DNA of 63,810 nt, the filler included, from an uncultured bacterium (lineage in GTDB: Bacteria; CAYJRR01): the NCBI GenBank assembly GCA_964372275.1. It is 6 parts of 6 records of this genome, joined end to end, with 100 filler letters (N's around TTAATTAATTAA, not from the genome) between each part and the next. Parts side by side here need not be neighbours in the genome. Positions count along the whole stretch, not along the records: positions 1 to 11,235 come from CAYJRR010000140.1; 5 more parts are not named here. One strand, written 5' to 3'. The notes under the pieces were generated by a model. The model ran no database searches and was not told the origin of the DNA. It saw only the letters and a list, made by a program, of their open reading frames with translations. Each line of letters starts with the position of its first letter. The first letter of the stretch is position 1. Below, in pieces: positions 1 through 9,784 of this stretch. Both the position numbers and the translations under genes were made by a program.

Positions 1-624
1 GCCCGTCGGATTTCCGGCGCCGCCGACGACGAAGGCGGCCACGGCCGCCAGGGCGATCGCCGCGCCGGCAAAGGCGACCAGCTTCAACAACCCCCCCGAG
101 GAGTCCGGCTTGGCGCCGCCGGCCGCCGGGGGGGACTTTCGCGCCACGGCGACCGCCGCCGGCTTCGCCGCCGCCGCCCGGCCGGGGGGCGCTGCAGCGA
201 CGGCCTTGCCCGCCTGGGGGGCGGTGCGGGTCACCGGACCTCCAGACCTCGCCGCCATCGATTGGGTCGGCACCGCCGGACGCCCTCCGGCGGCGGCGGC
301 CGACCGCGCGACCGACGGCGGCGCGGAGCGCGGGTCGAACACCAGCTCCAGCACCGACTGTCCGACCGTCACCCGATCGCCCGACTTGATCGCCTGCGGT
401 CCGGCCGCCGGTTGGTCGTTGACGAAGATTCCGTTCCGGCTCCCGGCGTCGGCGATCGTCACCGCGTTCCCGCGCACCGTCGCTTTGGCGTGCAGCCGCG
501 AGACGTTGACGTCGTTGATCACCAGGCCGCAGTCGGGCGAGCGACCGATCGTCGTCTCGGGGGCGTCGAGCGCGACGTCGGTCCCGAGCCCCGGTCCGGA
601 GATGATACGGAGGCGGAATCCCAT
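1..624 (-). CDS. FHA-domain membrane protein (runs off window start)
   Basis: Manual translation from ATG 624 (not in ORF track): MGFRLRIISGPGLG...IGRSPDCGLVINDVNVSRLHA...GSRNGIFVN has the FHA GR, SxxH and NG motifs. An Ala/Pro linker and a hydrophobic helix (LLKLVAFAGAAIALAAVAAFVVG) follow. Confidence 0.85.
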   Translation of the reverse strand, partial: MGFRLRIISGPGLGTDVALDAPETTIGRSPDCGLVINDVNVSRLHAKATVRGNAVTIADAGSRNGIFVNDQPAAGPQAIKSGDRVTVGQSVLELVFDPRSAPPSVARSAAAAGGRPAVPTQSMAARSGGPVTRTAPQAGKAVAAAPPGRAAAAKPAAVAVARKSPPAAGGAKPDSSGGLLKLVAFAGAAIALAAVAAFVVGGAGNPTG

Positions 625-646
625 CGGGATGCCCCCGATCGTAGCA

Positions 647-997
647 CTAGGAACCGGTGCTCGTCGTGACGCCCATCGCCGCGCCCGTCCCGGTGGCGGC
701 CGCGGGCGATTCGACCGGGGCCGGCGTGTCGTCGGGGAGGACGGAGCCCTTCTGGCTCGACGGCGAGGGGCTGCAGGAGAGGAAGACGGTCGTCAGCAGG
801 AACAGCCCGGCCGCCGATCCGGTGACGTAATGGAAGAAGGTGGTCGGTCCGCGCGATCCGAAGACGGTCTGGCTCGACCCTCCGAACGCCGCGCCGATGT
901 CGGCCCCCTTGCCGGACTGGAGAAGGACGACGGCGACCAGGACGAGACAGACCAGGACGTGCAGGGCGATGACGACGCCGTAGAGGAACGCGCTCAT
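647..997 (-). CDS. secG: Preprotein translocase subunit SecG
   Basis: VLLQSGKGADIGAAFGGSSQTVFGSRG signature, two TM helices, canonical position after tpiA. Start moved to ATG 997. Confidence 0.95.
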   Translation of the reverse strand: MSAFLYGVVIALHVLVCLVLVAVVLLQSGKGADIGAAFGGSSQTVFGSRGPTTFFHYVTGSAAGLFLLTTVFLSCSPSPSSQKGSVLPDDTPAPVESPAAATGTGAAMGVTTSTGS

Positions 998-1058
998 GGA
1001 GCCGCGGAATCTACCAGCCGCCCGCGCCGCGGCGCAAGGCCTCCACGGGACTCCGGAC

Positions 1059-1817
1059 TCAGCGGACCGCCGAGCAGATCGCCGCGAACGAGGCGACCTC
1101 CAACGACGCCCCGCCGACCAGGGCGCCGTCGACGTCGGGCTGCGCCAGCAGCTCGGCGGCGTTCGCCGGCTTGACGCTCCCCCCGTACTGGATCCGCACC
1201 GCATCGGCGACGGGCCGCCCGGCGCGGGCACGGATCACGTCGCGGATCCGCGCGTGGACCTCCTGCGCCTGCTCTTTCGTCGCGGTCTCTCCGGTGCCGA
1301 TCGCCCAGACCGGCTCGTAGGCGATCACGCAGCGCGCGATCGAATCGGTCGGGACGTTCGAGAACGCCGCCTCCACCTGCCGGTCGACGACGTCGAATGT
1401 CGCGCCCCGCCGCCGCTGCTCCAGCGTCTCCCCGACGCAGACGATCGGGACCAACTCGGCCCTCAACGCCGCAACGACCTTCCGCGATACCGTCTCGTCG
1501 GTCTCGCCGAAGTATTGGCGCCGCTCGGAGTGGCCGACCAGCACGGCGCGCGCCCCCGCCGCGGCGAGCATCGGCGCGGAGAGCTCCCCGGTGAACGCCC
1601 CCTGGTCCTCCCAGTGGAGGTTCTGCCCGGCGACGATCACCCCGGTCCCCTTGAATCGCTCGGCGAGGGGGGCGACCGCCAGCGCCGGCGGGGCGAAGCC
1701 GATCTCCACGCCGGGATGGCGGTCGAGCTGGCTCCGCCATTCGATCGCGAAGGCGACCGCCTCCGGGACGGTCTTGTACATCTTCCAGTTCCCGACGACG
1801 ATCGGACGGCGGCTCAT
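1059..1817 (-). CDS. tpiA: Triosephosphate isomerase
   Basis: GNWKM, GHSERR, AYEPVWAIGTG and YGGSV motifs. Confidence 0.98.
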   Translation of the reverse strand: MSRRPIVVGNWKMYKTVPEAVAFAIEWRSQLDRHPGVEIGFAPPALAVAPLAERFKGTGVIVAGQNLHWEDQGAFTGELSAPMLAAAGARAVLVGHSERRQYFGETDETVSRKVVAALRAELVPIVCVGETLEQRRRGATFDVVDRQVEAAFSNVPTDSIARCVIAYEPVWAIGTGETATKEQAQEVHARIRDVIRARAGRPVADAVRIQYGGSVKPANAAELLAQPDVDGALVGGASLEVASFAAICSAVR

Positions 1818-3013
1818 CCGCGCTCCAGGGCGGAGAGGCCGGGAAGCGGGAGCCCTTCGAGGAACTCGAGGCTCGCGCCGCCGCCGGTCGAGACGTGGGT
1901 GAACGTGGGCCCGAGCCCCAGCCGCGCCACCGCCGCCGCCGAATCGCCTCCGCCGACGACGGTCAGCGCGCCGGAGTAGGCGATCGACTTGGCGAGCTTG
2001 TCGGTGCCGGCGCGGAACGGCTCCATCTCGAACACCCCCATCGGACCGTTCCAGAAGATCGTCTTCGCGCGGAGGATCTCGCGCTCGAACGCTTCGACCG
2101 TCGCCGGTCCGACGTCGAACCCCTTCATGCCGGCGGGGATCGCCGGTCCGGCGACGATCGACGCCGCGGCGTCCTCCTTCATCTCCGCCGCGACGACGTG
2201 GTCGATCGGGAGCAGCACCCGTTTCCCGGCCGCCTCAAGCTTGGCGAGCGCCGCGCGCGCCGTCTCCACCGCCTCCGCTTCGACCTTCGAGGCGCCGACG
2301 TCGATCCCCTTGGCGCGGAGGAAGGTGTAGGCCATCCCGCCGCCGACGAGGAAGACGTCGACCGAACGGAGAAGCCCCTGCACCACGCCGATCTTGTCGG
2401 AGACCTTGGCCCCTCCCAGGACACAGACGAACGGGCGGGGAGGGTCCTTCTTGAGCCGCCCGAGCTGCTCCAGCTCGCGCTTCACCAGGAATCCGGCGGC
2501 GACCGCGCCGCCGCCTTCCGTCACCGGCGCCGCGATCCCGGCGGTCGAGGCGTGGGCGCGGTGCAGCGTCCCGAAGGCGTCGTTGACGTAGACCTCGGCG
2601 AAGGCGGACAGCGCCCGCGCGAACTCCTCGTCGTTCGCCTCCTCCCCCTTGTGGAAGCGCGTGTTCTCCAGAAGGACGACCTCGCCGGGACGCATCTCCC
2701 CGACGATCTTCTTCGGTCCGTCTCCGACGCAGTCGTGGGCGAAGACGACGTCGCGGCCGAGGAGCTCCGCCAGCCGCGACCCGGTCGGTTCCAGGCTGTA
2801 CTTCGCCTCCGGCTTCCCTTTCGGCCGTCCGAGGTGGCTGGCGAGCACCACCTTCGCCCCGCGCTCGAGGAGGTGCTTGATGGTGGGGAGCGTCTCGACG
2901 ATGCGCGTGTCGTCGGAGACCTTTCCGTCGGCCGACAGCGGCACGTTGAAGTCGACGCGGGTGAAGACCCGTTTCGACTCGACCGCGATCTCGTTCACGA
3001 ACCGAATCGCCAT
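1814..3013 (-). CDS. pgk: Phosphoglycerate kinase
   Basis: RVDFNVP, SHLGRP, NDAFG, GGAKVSDK and STGGGA motifs; 4-nt overlap with tpiA. Confidence 0.98.
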   Translation of the reverse strand: MAIRFVNEIAVESKRVFTRVDFNVPLSADGKVSDDTRIVETLPTIKHLLERGAKVVLASHLGRPKGKPEAKYSLEPTGSRLAELLGRDVVFAHDCVGDGPKKIVGEMRPGEVVLLENTRFHKGEEANDEEFARALSAFAEVYVNDAFGTLHRAHASTAGIAAPVTEGGGAVAAGFLVKRELEQLGRLKKDPPRPFVCVLGGAKVSDKIGVVQGLLRSVDVFLVGGGMAYTFLRAKGIDVGASKVEAEAVETARAALAKLEAAGKRVLLPIDHVVAAEMKEDAAASIVAGPAIPAGMKGFDVGPATVEAFEREILRAKTIFWNGPMGVFEMEPFRAGTDKLAKSIAYSGALTVVGGGDSAAAVARLGLGPTFTHVSTGGGASLEFLEGLPLPGLSALERG

Positions 3014-3022
3014 GACGGTCCC

Positions 3023-4054
3023 CTAGGCCCGCGCGCCGATGTGCTTCGCCACGTCGAGCATCCGGTTGGAGAAGCCCCACTCGTTGTCGTACCAGCCCAT
3101 CACCTTCACGAACTTCCCGCGGCCGCCGGGGCCCTGGACCCGCGTGATCGTGGCGTCGAAGACGCAGGAGTGCGGGTCGTGGTTGAAGTCGCGGCTGACC
3201 AGCTCGAGCTCCTCGTAGCGGAGGATCCCCTTCATCGGGCCGCTGGCGGCCGCCTTGAACGCGGCGTTGATCTCCTCGACCGACGCCTCGACCCCGAGCT
3301 CGGCGGTCAGGTCGACCAACGAGACGTTGGGCGTCGGCACGCGGATCGACAGCCCGTCCAGTTTCCCCTCCAGCTCCGGGAGCACCAGCGACACGGCGCG
3401 CGCCGCGCCGGTGGTGGTCGGGATCATCGAGAGGCCGGCGGCCCGCGCCCGGCGCAGGTCCTTGTGCGCCAGGTCGAGGACCTGCTGGTCGTTGGTGTAG
3501 GAGTGGATCGTCGTCATCAGGCCGCGCGCAAGGCCGAAGCGGTCGAGCAGCACCTTGGCCATCGGCGTCAGGCAGTTGGTGGTGCAGGAGGCGTTGGAGA
3601 CGATGCGGTGGGACGTCGGATCGAACGCGCCGTGGTTCACGCCATAGGCAATGGTCAGGTCGGGCCTCTTCGCCGGCGCCGAGATCAGGACCCGGCGCGC
3701 CCCCGCGACGAGGTGCTTCTCGGCGTCGGCGCGATCGGTGAAACGGCCCGTGCACTCCAGCACCACGTCGACGTCGAGCGCCTTCCACGGAAGCTTGGAA
3801 GGATCCTTCTCGGCGCCGATCGGGATCCGGTGCCCGTCCACGGCGATCGCGCCCTCGAGCGATTCGACCTTCCCGGGGAAGGTCCCGTGCACCGAGTCGT
3901 ACTGCAGCAGGTGCGCGTTGGTGGCCGCGTCGGCAAGGTCGTTGATGCCGACGAACTCGATGCCGGCGACGCGATTCTCGATCGCCGCGCGCAGCACGGA
4001 CCGCCCGATCCGGCCGAATCCGTTGATCGCGAGACGAACGTTCTGGGGTGCCAT
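3023..4054 (-). CDS. gap: Type I glyceraldehyde-3-phosphate dehydrogenase
   Basis: INGFGRIGR, ASCTTNCL and WYDNEWG motifs; GAGGAGG RBS upstream of ATG 4054. Confidence 0.98.
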   Translation of the reverse strand: MAPQNVRLAINGFGRIGRSVLRAAIENRVAGIEFVGINDLADAATNAHLLQYDSVHGTFPGKVESLEGAIAVDGHRIPIGAEKDPSKLPWKALDVDVVLECTGRFTDRADAEKHLVAGARRVLISAPAKRPDLTIAYGVNHGAFDPTSHRIVSNASCTTNCLTPMAKVLLDRFGLARGLMTTIHSYTNDQQVLDLAHKDLRRARAAGLSMIPTTTGAARAVSLVLPELEGKLDGLSIRVPTPNVSLVDLTAELGVEASVEEINAAFKAAASGPMKGILRYEELELVSRDFNHDPHSCVFDATITRVQGPGGRGKFVKVMGWYDNEWGFSNRMLDVAKHIGARA

Positions 4055-4169
4055 CAAAGTCCTCCTCGTTCACCGAAAACGCGGTGGGTATAGCATTTCG
4101 AGGGCCGGCAGGAATCTGTAAGAATTCCGCCGGGAGAACCTGCTACGCTCCGAAACGCGCACAAATCGC

Positions 4170-6506
4170 ATGGCGATCCTGAACTACGTCAAGCGCGAGA
4201 TCGTCGCCAAGATCGTCTACTACGGCCCGGGCCTCTCCGGAAAGACGACCAACATCCAGAAGATCCACGAGGAGCTGCCCCAGAGCGTCGGCGAGCTCGT
4301 CTCGCTGGCGACCGAGTCCGACCGCACGCTCTTCTTCGACTACGTCCCCGTCGACGTGGGGAAGATCTCGGGCCTGGACGTGCGGTTCCAGCTGTTCACC
4401 GTGCCGGGACAGGTCTTCTACAACCAGACGCGCCGTCGCGTGCTGGAGGACGCCGACGGCATCGTCTTCGTCGCCGACAGCCAGAAGGAGCAGCTCGACG
4501 CGAACCTGGAGAGCCTCGACAACCTCGAGGAGAACCTCGGCTTCTACGAACGCGCGCTCGCGGAAGTCCCGTTCGTCCTGCAGCTCAACAAGCAGGACCT
4601 CCCCAACATCGACACCGTGGAGCGGCTGACCCAACTCCTGGGCCGTCACGACGCGCCGGTGATCCTGGCGTCGTGCGTCGAGGGGTACGGCGTCACGGAG
4701 ACGTTGGCCAAGATCACCACGCGGGTGATCGATCACCTGCGTGAGCAGATGACCAAGAAAGGGGCGGGCTCGATCAAGCGGACCTACTCGAAGGAGGGGG
4801 TCTCGAGTGAGTCGGTGGTGAAGAACCTCCTGGGGAAGATCGCCGACGAAGCCAAAGGGGCGCCCCTCGCGGCGGGGTCGGCCAAGCCGGCGGCGGCGAC
4901 GGCGGTTCCGGCCAAGCCGGCGGCAGCGACGGCGGCTCCGGCCAAGCCGGCGGCGGCGACGGCGGTTCCGGCCATGCCGGCGGCGGCGACGGCGGCTCCG
5001 GCCAAGCCGGCGGCGGCGACGGCGGTTCCGGCCAAGCCGGCGGCAGCGACGGCGGCTCCGGCCAAGCCGTCCGCGGCGTCGGCCGTCCCGGGCAAGCCTC
5101 CCCCTCCGCCCGCTCCGCCGAAGCCCGCCGTCGCGTCGACGACTCCGGCCAAGCCCGCGGTCGCCTCGGCGGCCCCGGCCCGGCCCGCCGCGGCCGCCCC
5201 CGTTCCGGCGAAGGCCGCCGGCCTCTCATCCCCTCCGCCGCCCCCCGCGCCTCCGGCGGCGACGGCGGCGCCCGCGGGTGCTCCGGTTCCGGCGGCGAAG
5301 GCCCCGGCGCGGGTCGGGGTGCCGCCGAAGGTCGGGCCGCCGGCGGCGGTCTCGCCTCCGGCGCCGGCCGCGGCCCCCTCCGCCCCCGCGCCGCTCACGG
5401 TGCCGTCGTTTCCGGGCGCGCCCCGAAGCGGAACGCGGCCGGCCACGCCCGTCAAGGCGCCGGAATCGACCCCCTCCTTGCCGGCCGCCGTCGCCCCGGC
5501 GCCGGTCGGTGTCGACCTGCCGCCCCCCGCCGCGGCGGTGCTGACCCCCGAAGACCTGCTTCGCTCCGTCGATCCGCCGGCGGAGTCCAAACCGGCGCTC
5601 GGCACCCGGCCTGCCGGACTGCCCCGCGCCCCTTCGCGCGCCACGCGAGCCGGGCTACGGCCGGCGGCCCCCGCCGCCCCGCCGTCCACGGCGCCGCCGA
5701 CCGGAGCGTCGCCCGACGGGGGGGGGCCTCCGGCGACGAAGCTCCCGGACGCGAAGCCTGCGTCCGCACCGCCGACACCGCCGGCCGATTCGCCTCGCGC
5801 GCAGGTTCCGGCCCCTCCGTTCGGCGGACCGGCGTCGAAGCCCAAGCCCAAGCCGGCCGCCGCCCCTCCGATTCCCGCTCCGGCGCCTCGCACGCCGCGC
5901 AAGTCGGGGTTGCAGCCGATCGCCGCCGCCGCCGCCGCCCGCGAGCCCGGCGCGGAGCCATCGGTCTCCAAGACGGCCGAGGAACTGCTCCGATCGATGG
6001 AGGGGGAGGAGGTCCCCGAGTCGTTCTCGTCGTTGGGCGGCGGTTCGTTCTGGGAAGACGATCCGGCCGCGAAGGGGGAGGCGGGCGATCCCGACGGCGG
6101 CTCGATCGCCGACGGGTTCGAGGATGCGAAGCTCCTTCCCGAGGGGGCCGGCGCCTCCGCCGGCGAAGGGGACGCGGCGACGCCCGCGAGCGCGTCGCGC
6201 AAGAAGGGGCGATCCGGACCTCCGCCCGCGCCGGACGGGGCGGCCGCTCGCCTCACGGTCGCGTCGGTCGGACGGGCCGGGGTGTCGAACGGCGCGGTCA
6301 CCTTCGACGTCCTCCTCGAGGAGCCGGCCGCCGACGGCGAACCGCGGCGCGTTCCGGTGACGCTCGCGCTCGACCTGAAGCAGCTCGACGGTCTGCTCCC
6401 GCCCACGTCGTCGCGCTCGGGGGCGTGGGGACTGATCCTGGGGCTCGTGAACCTGTTCGCCCTGGCGGCGCTCGCCTATATTGAGTGGGCCGCGCGCGCG
6501 CCATGA
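4170..6506 (+). CDS. MglA-family small GTPase fused to a long Pro/Ala-rich region and a C-terminal TM helix
   Basis: KIVYYGPGLSGKTTN, DRTLFFD, TVPGQ and NKQD match MglA G motifs. About 450 aa of low-complexity Pro/Ala follow, then C-terminal AWGLILGLVNLFALAALAYIEW. Confidence 0.88.
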   Translation: MAILNYVKREIVAKIVYYGPGLSGKTTNIQKIHEELPQSVGELVSLATESDRTLFFDYVPVDVGKISGLDVRFQLFTVPGQVFYNQTRRRVLEDADGIVFVADSQKEQLDANLESLDNLEENLGFYERALAEVPFVLQLNKQDLPNIDTVERLTQLLGRHDAPVILASCVEGYGVTETLAKITTRVIDHLREQMTKKGAGSIKRTYSKEGVSSESVVKNLLGKIADEAKGAPLAAGSAKPAAATAVPAKPAAATAAPAKPAAATAVPAMPAAATAAPAKPAAATAVPAKPAAATAAPAKPSAASAVPGKPPPPPAPPKPAVASTTPAKPAVASAAPARPAAAAPVPAKAAGLSSPPPPPAPPAATAAPAGAPVPAAKAPARVGVPPKVGPPAAVSPPAPAAAPSAPAPLTVPSFPGAPRSGTRPATPVKAPESTPSLPAAVAPAPVGVDLPPPAAAVLTPEDLLRSVDPPAESKPALGTRPAGLPRAPSRATRAGLRPAAPAAPPSTAPPTGASPDGGGPPATKLPDAKPASAPPTPPADSPRAQVPAPPFGGPASKPKPKPAAAPPIPAPAPRTPRKSGLQPIAAAAAAREPGAEPSVSKTAEELLRSMEGEEVPESFSSLGGGSFWEDDPAAKGEAGDPDGGSIADGFEDAKLLPEGAGASAGEGDAATPASASRKKGRSGPPPAPDGAAARLTVASVGRAGVSNGAVTFDVLLEEPAADGEPRRVPVTLALDLKQLDGLLPPTSSRSGAWGLILGLVNLFALAALAYIEWAARAP
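4881..5069 (+). repeat. Coding tandem repeat, six 30-bp units (AKPAAATA[V/A]P) alternating as a 60-bp higher-order unit
   Basis: GCCAAGCCGGCGGC(G/A)GCGACGGCGG(T/C)TCCG at 4881, 4911, 4941, 4971 (AAG>ATG variant), 5001 and 5031, plus a partial unit. Confidence 0.95.
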
Positions 6507-6949
6507 AGGTCCTGTGTGTCCAGTGCATCCGCCTGAACGAGGTCCCCGACGACGTCGAGTCGTCGGAAGGGGAGGGGAAGCTCCGCTTTCCGTGCCCGTC
6601 CTGCGGCTTCGTCACCGTCGTCACCCGCACGCGGCCGAAGGGGGCCGCGCGGGAGGCCGAGCCGTTCCCCGCTGGAGGCGCGCCCCGTTCCCGGACGTTG
6701 GAGGAGGAGCTGTTCGACGGCGTGCCGCGGGAGGCCGGCGATTGGATGGTGCGGCGCCTCGACGGCAGCGAGTCCGGGCCGCACGATTGGGAGACGCTGA
6801 CGGCGATGATCCACAGCGGATCGGTCGGAAAGATCGACGAGGTCCGCAGGCGCGACGAGCGTTACGTCCCCGCCGCCTTCCACGAGAAGACGGCGGAGCT
6901 GTTCAACGCCCTCGACACCCCCGGACCGCGCCCGGCCCGGAAGAGCTAA
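6503..6949 (+). CDS. Zinc-ribbon plus GYF_2 (DUF4339)-like domain protein
   Basis: CVQC...CPSC zinc ribbon; W-x7-SGP-x4-L-x3-I-x2-G pattern typical of GYF_2; ATGA overlap with the GTPase stop. Confidence 0.72.
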   Translation: MKVLCVQCIRLNEVPDDVESSEGEGKLRFPCPSCGFVTVVTRTRPKGAAREAEPFPAGGAPRSRTLEEELFDGVPREAGDWMVRRLDGSESGPHDWETLTAMIHSGSVGKIDEVRRRDERYVPAAFHEKTAELFNALDTPGPRPARKS

Positions 6950-7070
6950 CCGGCCGGCATTCTTAGGGCTTCGACCGGCTCTCGGTCCCTCCTCCGGGAC
7001 CGTTGGCGGCCGTCCGGAAAGCCGCTCCGGGAGCGGCCTTCCGAGGAGCTTCGGTGTTATCATGGTCGTC

Positions 7071-8858
7071 ATGGCTCGGGTCGGCCGCGCGATCGGGGTG
7101 GGTGCGGCGCTGTTCGCGGGATTTTCACTGGCCGCGGCCGGTTGCGCGCACCGGGCGGGGGCGGGGTCGGTCCGCGTCGGACGGCCGGCGGCCCCCCACG
7201 CCGCCCCGGCCGTCTCCACCGGTAGCCCGAAAGCCTATCAGCACTTCTGCCTCGCGCGGCTGGCGATGGAGGCGAACGATCTGTCGACCGCCGCCGACGA
7301 GCTGAAGCTCGCCCTCGTCTACGACCACGACTCCGTCTACCTCTATTCGGAGCTGGCACAGGTCTTCTACCGCTCGGGGGACGCGCGCCACGCGGAGGAG
7401 GCCGCCCGCAAGGCGATCGCCCTCGACGAACGGGCGATCGATGCGCGGATGCTGCTCGCGCAGATCTACGGCGACCGGCGCGAGATCGATCGCGCCGAGG
7501 CGGAGTACCGGGCGGTCCTCGCCCTCGACGCCGACCAGGAGGACGCCTACCTCTACCTGGGGAAGCTGTTCGCCGACAACGACCTGAACGAGCGCGCGGT
7601 CGACGTCCTGCAGACGCTGGTGCGGCGCCGGCCCGACGCGGTGGTCGGCTACTACTACCTGGGGCTGCTCGCGGCCCAGGAGAAGCGGTTCGTCGAGGCG
7701 GAGTCGTTCCTGAAGGAGGCGGTCCGCCGCCGGCCGGGCTTCACGCGGGCGCTCAACTCGCTGGCGACCTTCTACCAGTCGGCGGGGCGGCTCGGCGACG
7801 CGATCGGCGTCTACGAGGACCTGCTGGCGGCGCAGCCGCGGAACTTCTACGTGCGCCGGCAGCTGGGGGAGCTGTACGCCGAGAAGGGGGAGCCGGAGAA
7901 GGCGCTGGAGCAGTACCTCTCCTACCTCGACTACGACGACGCCAACCTGTCGGTGCGCCGGCAGGCGGGGCTTCTCCTCCTCGACCTGCGCCGCGAGGCG
8001 GAGGCGGTCGAGATGTTCGAATCGGTGACGGCGTCCGACCCGACGAGTCACCTCGACCGGTTCTTCCTCGGCTTCTCGCTCGAGTCGGCCGATCGCCCCG
8101 CCGAAGCGCTGGCGGAGTACGCCAAGATCCCGCGCGCGGGGGAGGGGTCGAACGACGTCTTCGTCCGATCCCGGATCCGGATGGGGACGCTGCACATGAC
8201 GCTGGGGAACCCCGATCGCGCGACGACCGTACTGGAGGAGGCGCTGGCCGTCGCCCCCGGCGAAAGCGCGCTGACGGCGACGCTGGCCGACGTCCTGACC
8301 CGGAGCCGGCGCGGGGACGAGGCGGTCCAGCTGCTTGAGCGCGCGATCGCGCTCCGACCCGACGACGAGCAGCTCCTCTACGCGTTGGGGAGCGCGTTCG
8401 AGAAGCTGGGGAAGATCGACGACTCGGTGGCGCAGATGCGGAAGATCCTGGCGATCAATCCCGAGCACGCCGACGCGATGAACTTCATCGGCTATTCGCT
8501 CGCCGAGGTCGGCCACGAGCTCGACGAGGCGGAACGGCTGGTGCGCCGCGCCCTCGAGCTCAAACCGGAGAACGGCTACATCACCGACAGCCTGGGATGG
8601 GTGCTGTTCCGGAAGGGGCAGTACGAACAGGCGATCCAGGTGCTGAAGCGCGCGATCGCGCTCTCGCCGGGAGAGCAGGTGATCCTGGAGCACCTGGGCG
8701 ACGCCTACCGGAAGATCCACGCCGAAGACGACGCGCTCGAGCACTACGAGCGCGCGCTCGCCGCGCGCGCCGACGGCGACGAGGCGGAGCGCATCCGCAC
8801 GAAGATCCGCGAAATGAAGGTCAAGATGTCGGTGCGGGAGGCCGGCTCCGCGCGGTAG
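7071..8858 (+). CDS. Multi-TPR lipoprotein
   Basis: Lipobox LAAAGC and many TPRs, with AMNFIGYSLA and DSLGWVLF typical of the TPR protein found next to lolB-like genes. The alternative start is 7062. Confidence 0.88.
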   Translation: MARVGRAIGVGAALFAGFSLAAAGCAHRAGAGSVRVGRPAAPHAAPAVSTGSPKAYQHFCLARLAMEANDLSTAADELKLALVYDHDSVYLYSELAQVFYRSGDARHAEEAARKAIALDERAIDARMLLAQIYGDRREIDRAEAEYRAVLALDADQEDAYLYLGKLFADNDLNERAVDVLQTLVRRRPDAVVGYYYLGLLAAQEKRFVEAESFLKEAVRRRPGFTRALNSLATFYQSAGRLGDAIGVYEDLLAAQPRNFYVRRQLGELYAEKGEPEKALEQYLSYLDYDDANLSVRRQAGLLLLDLRREAEAVEMFESVTASDPTSHLDRFFLGFSLESADRPAEALAEYAKIPRAGEGSNDVFVRSRIRMGTLHMTLGNPDRATTVLEEALAVAPGESALTATLADVLTRSRRGDEAVQLLERAIALRPDDEQLLYALGSAFEKLGKIDDSVAQMRKILAINPEHADAMNFIGYSLAEVGHELDEAERLVRRALELKPENGYITDSLGWVLFRKGQYEQAIQVLKRAIALSPGEQVILEHLGDAYRKIHAEDDALEHYERALAARADGDEAERIRTKIREMKVKMSVREAGSAR

Positions 8859-8904
8859 TCCGGACCGATCCGCGCAGAGCCCTGCTGCTAGAATTGATTT
8901 CTTC

Positions 8905-9768
8905 GTGAACGCCCGCTCGGTCTTGGCCGGAGTGTTCTTGTTTTCGCTCGCCGCCGCGACCGGCTGCTCGCGGTTCGCGCGGTTGGGGTCGCCGCCGCCG
9001 CGGACCGGCGGTGGGCCGGCGGCGCAGGCGCTCGCCGAGCGCGCGATGCGGCTCAAGTCGGTGCGCGCGGACGCCGTGATGCGCGTTCGCATCCCCGACG
9101 GGATGGAAGGGGCGCCGGGCGGGAAGTTCCGCGCGGTCGTCCTGTCCGCGGCCGATCCCGAGCGCGCCCGGCTGGAGATCCTCACGCCGCTGGGGACGCC
9201 GGCGGCGACCGTCCTGTTGGCCGACGGCCTGGTGCAGGTCTTTCAACCGTTCAAGAACCAGTTGGTGCGTGGTCCGATCGATTCGCCCGAGATCGTTCGT
9301 CGGTCCCCGATCCCGGTGCCGCTTTCGACGTTGCCGGCGATGCTGCGCTGGGTGGTCGTGCTCGCGCCGGGGGAGCTCGTGGAGCGGTCTCAAAGTCTGC
9401 CGATGGCCTCGGCCGGCGGTCCCCCCACGGCCGCCGAGCCGGCCGTCCGGGTGCTGGAGGTTCGCGCCGACGGCCGTCCGGTGCAGCAGGTGGAGGTCGA
9501 CGCGGCGGGGGGATATCCGGTGAAGAGCGTTCACCTCGGCGACGACGGACGGCCGGCGCTCACCGTGACCTGGGGCGACTACGGCGGGATCGAGACCGGC
9601 TCGGGGCCGATCGCCTTCCCGCAATCGATCCGCGCGGTGGTCGCGCGACCCGACGGGGAGGTGGTGCTGGAGATCGGCCTGGGAAACCTCTCGCTCGATC
9701 CGATCGACGATCCGGGGAGCTTCCGTCTGGTCTTCGATCGGCCCCCGGAGCTGCACGAGTTCCAGTAG
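8905..9768 (+). CDS. Outer-membrane lipoprotein, LolB/DUF4292-like
   Basis: Lipobox AATGC, beta-rich RLEILTPLG...FPQSI pattern, and position after the TPR gene. Confidence 0.55.
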   Translation: MNARSVLAGVFLFSLAAATGCSRFARLGSPPPRTGGGPAAQALAERAMRLKSVRADAVMRVRIPDGMEGAPGGKFRAVVLSAADPERARLEILTPLGTPAATVLLADGLVQVFQPFKNQLVRGPIDSPEIVRRSPIPVPLSTLPAMLRWVVVLAPGELVERSQSLPMASAGGPPTAAEPAVRVLEVRADGRPVQQVEVDAAGGYPVKSVHLGDDGRPALTVTWGDYGGIETGSGPIAFPQSIRAVVARPDGEVVLEIGLGNLSLDPIDDPGSFRLVFDRPPELHEFQ

Positions 9769-9784
9769 AATCGACGTCGACCGT

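Noticed and set aside
4881-5069. 30-bp repeats as a possible CRISPR array
   Set aside because: Contiguous, in-frame coding repeats with no spacers and no cas genes
6960-7045. Two GC-rich hairpins between the GYF and TPR genes
   Set aside because: Short, no U-tract, no recognisable RNA family; may be ordinary transcript-end structure.
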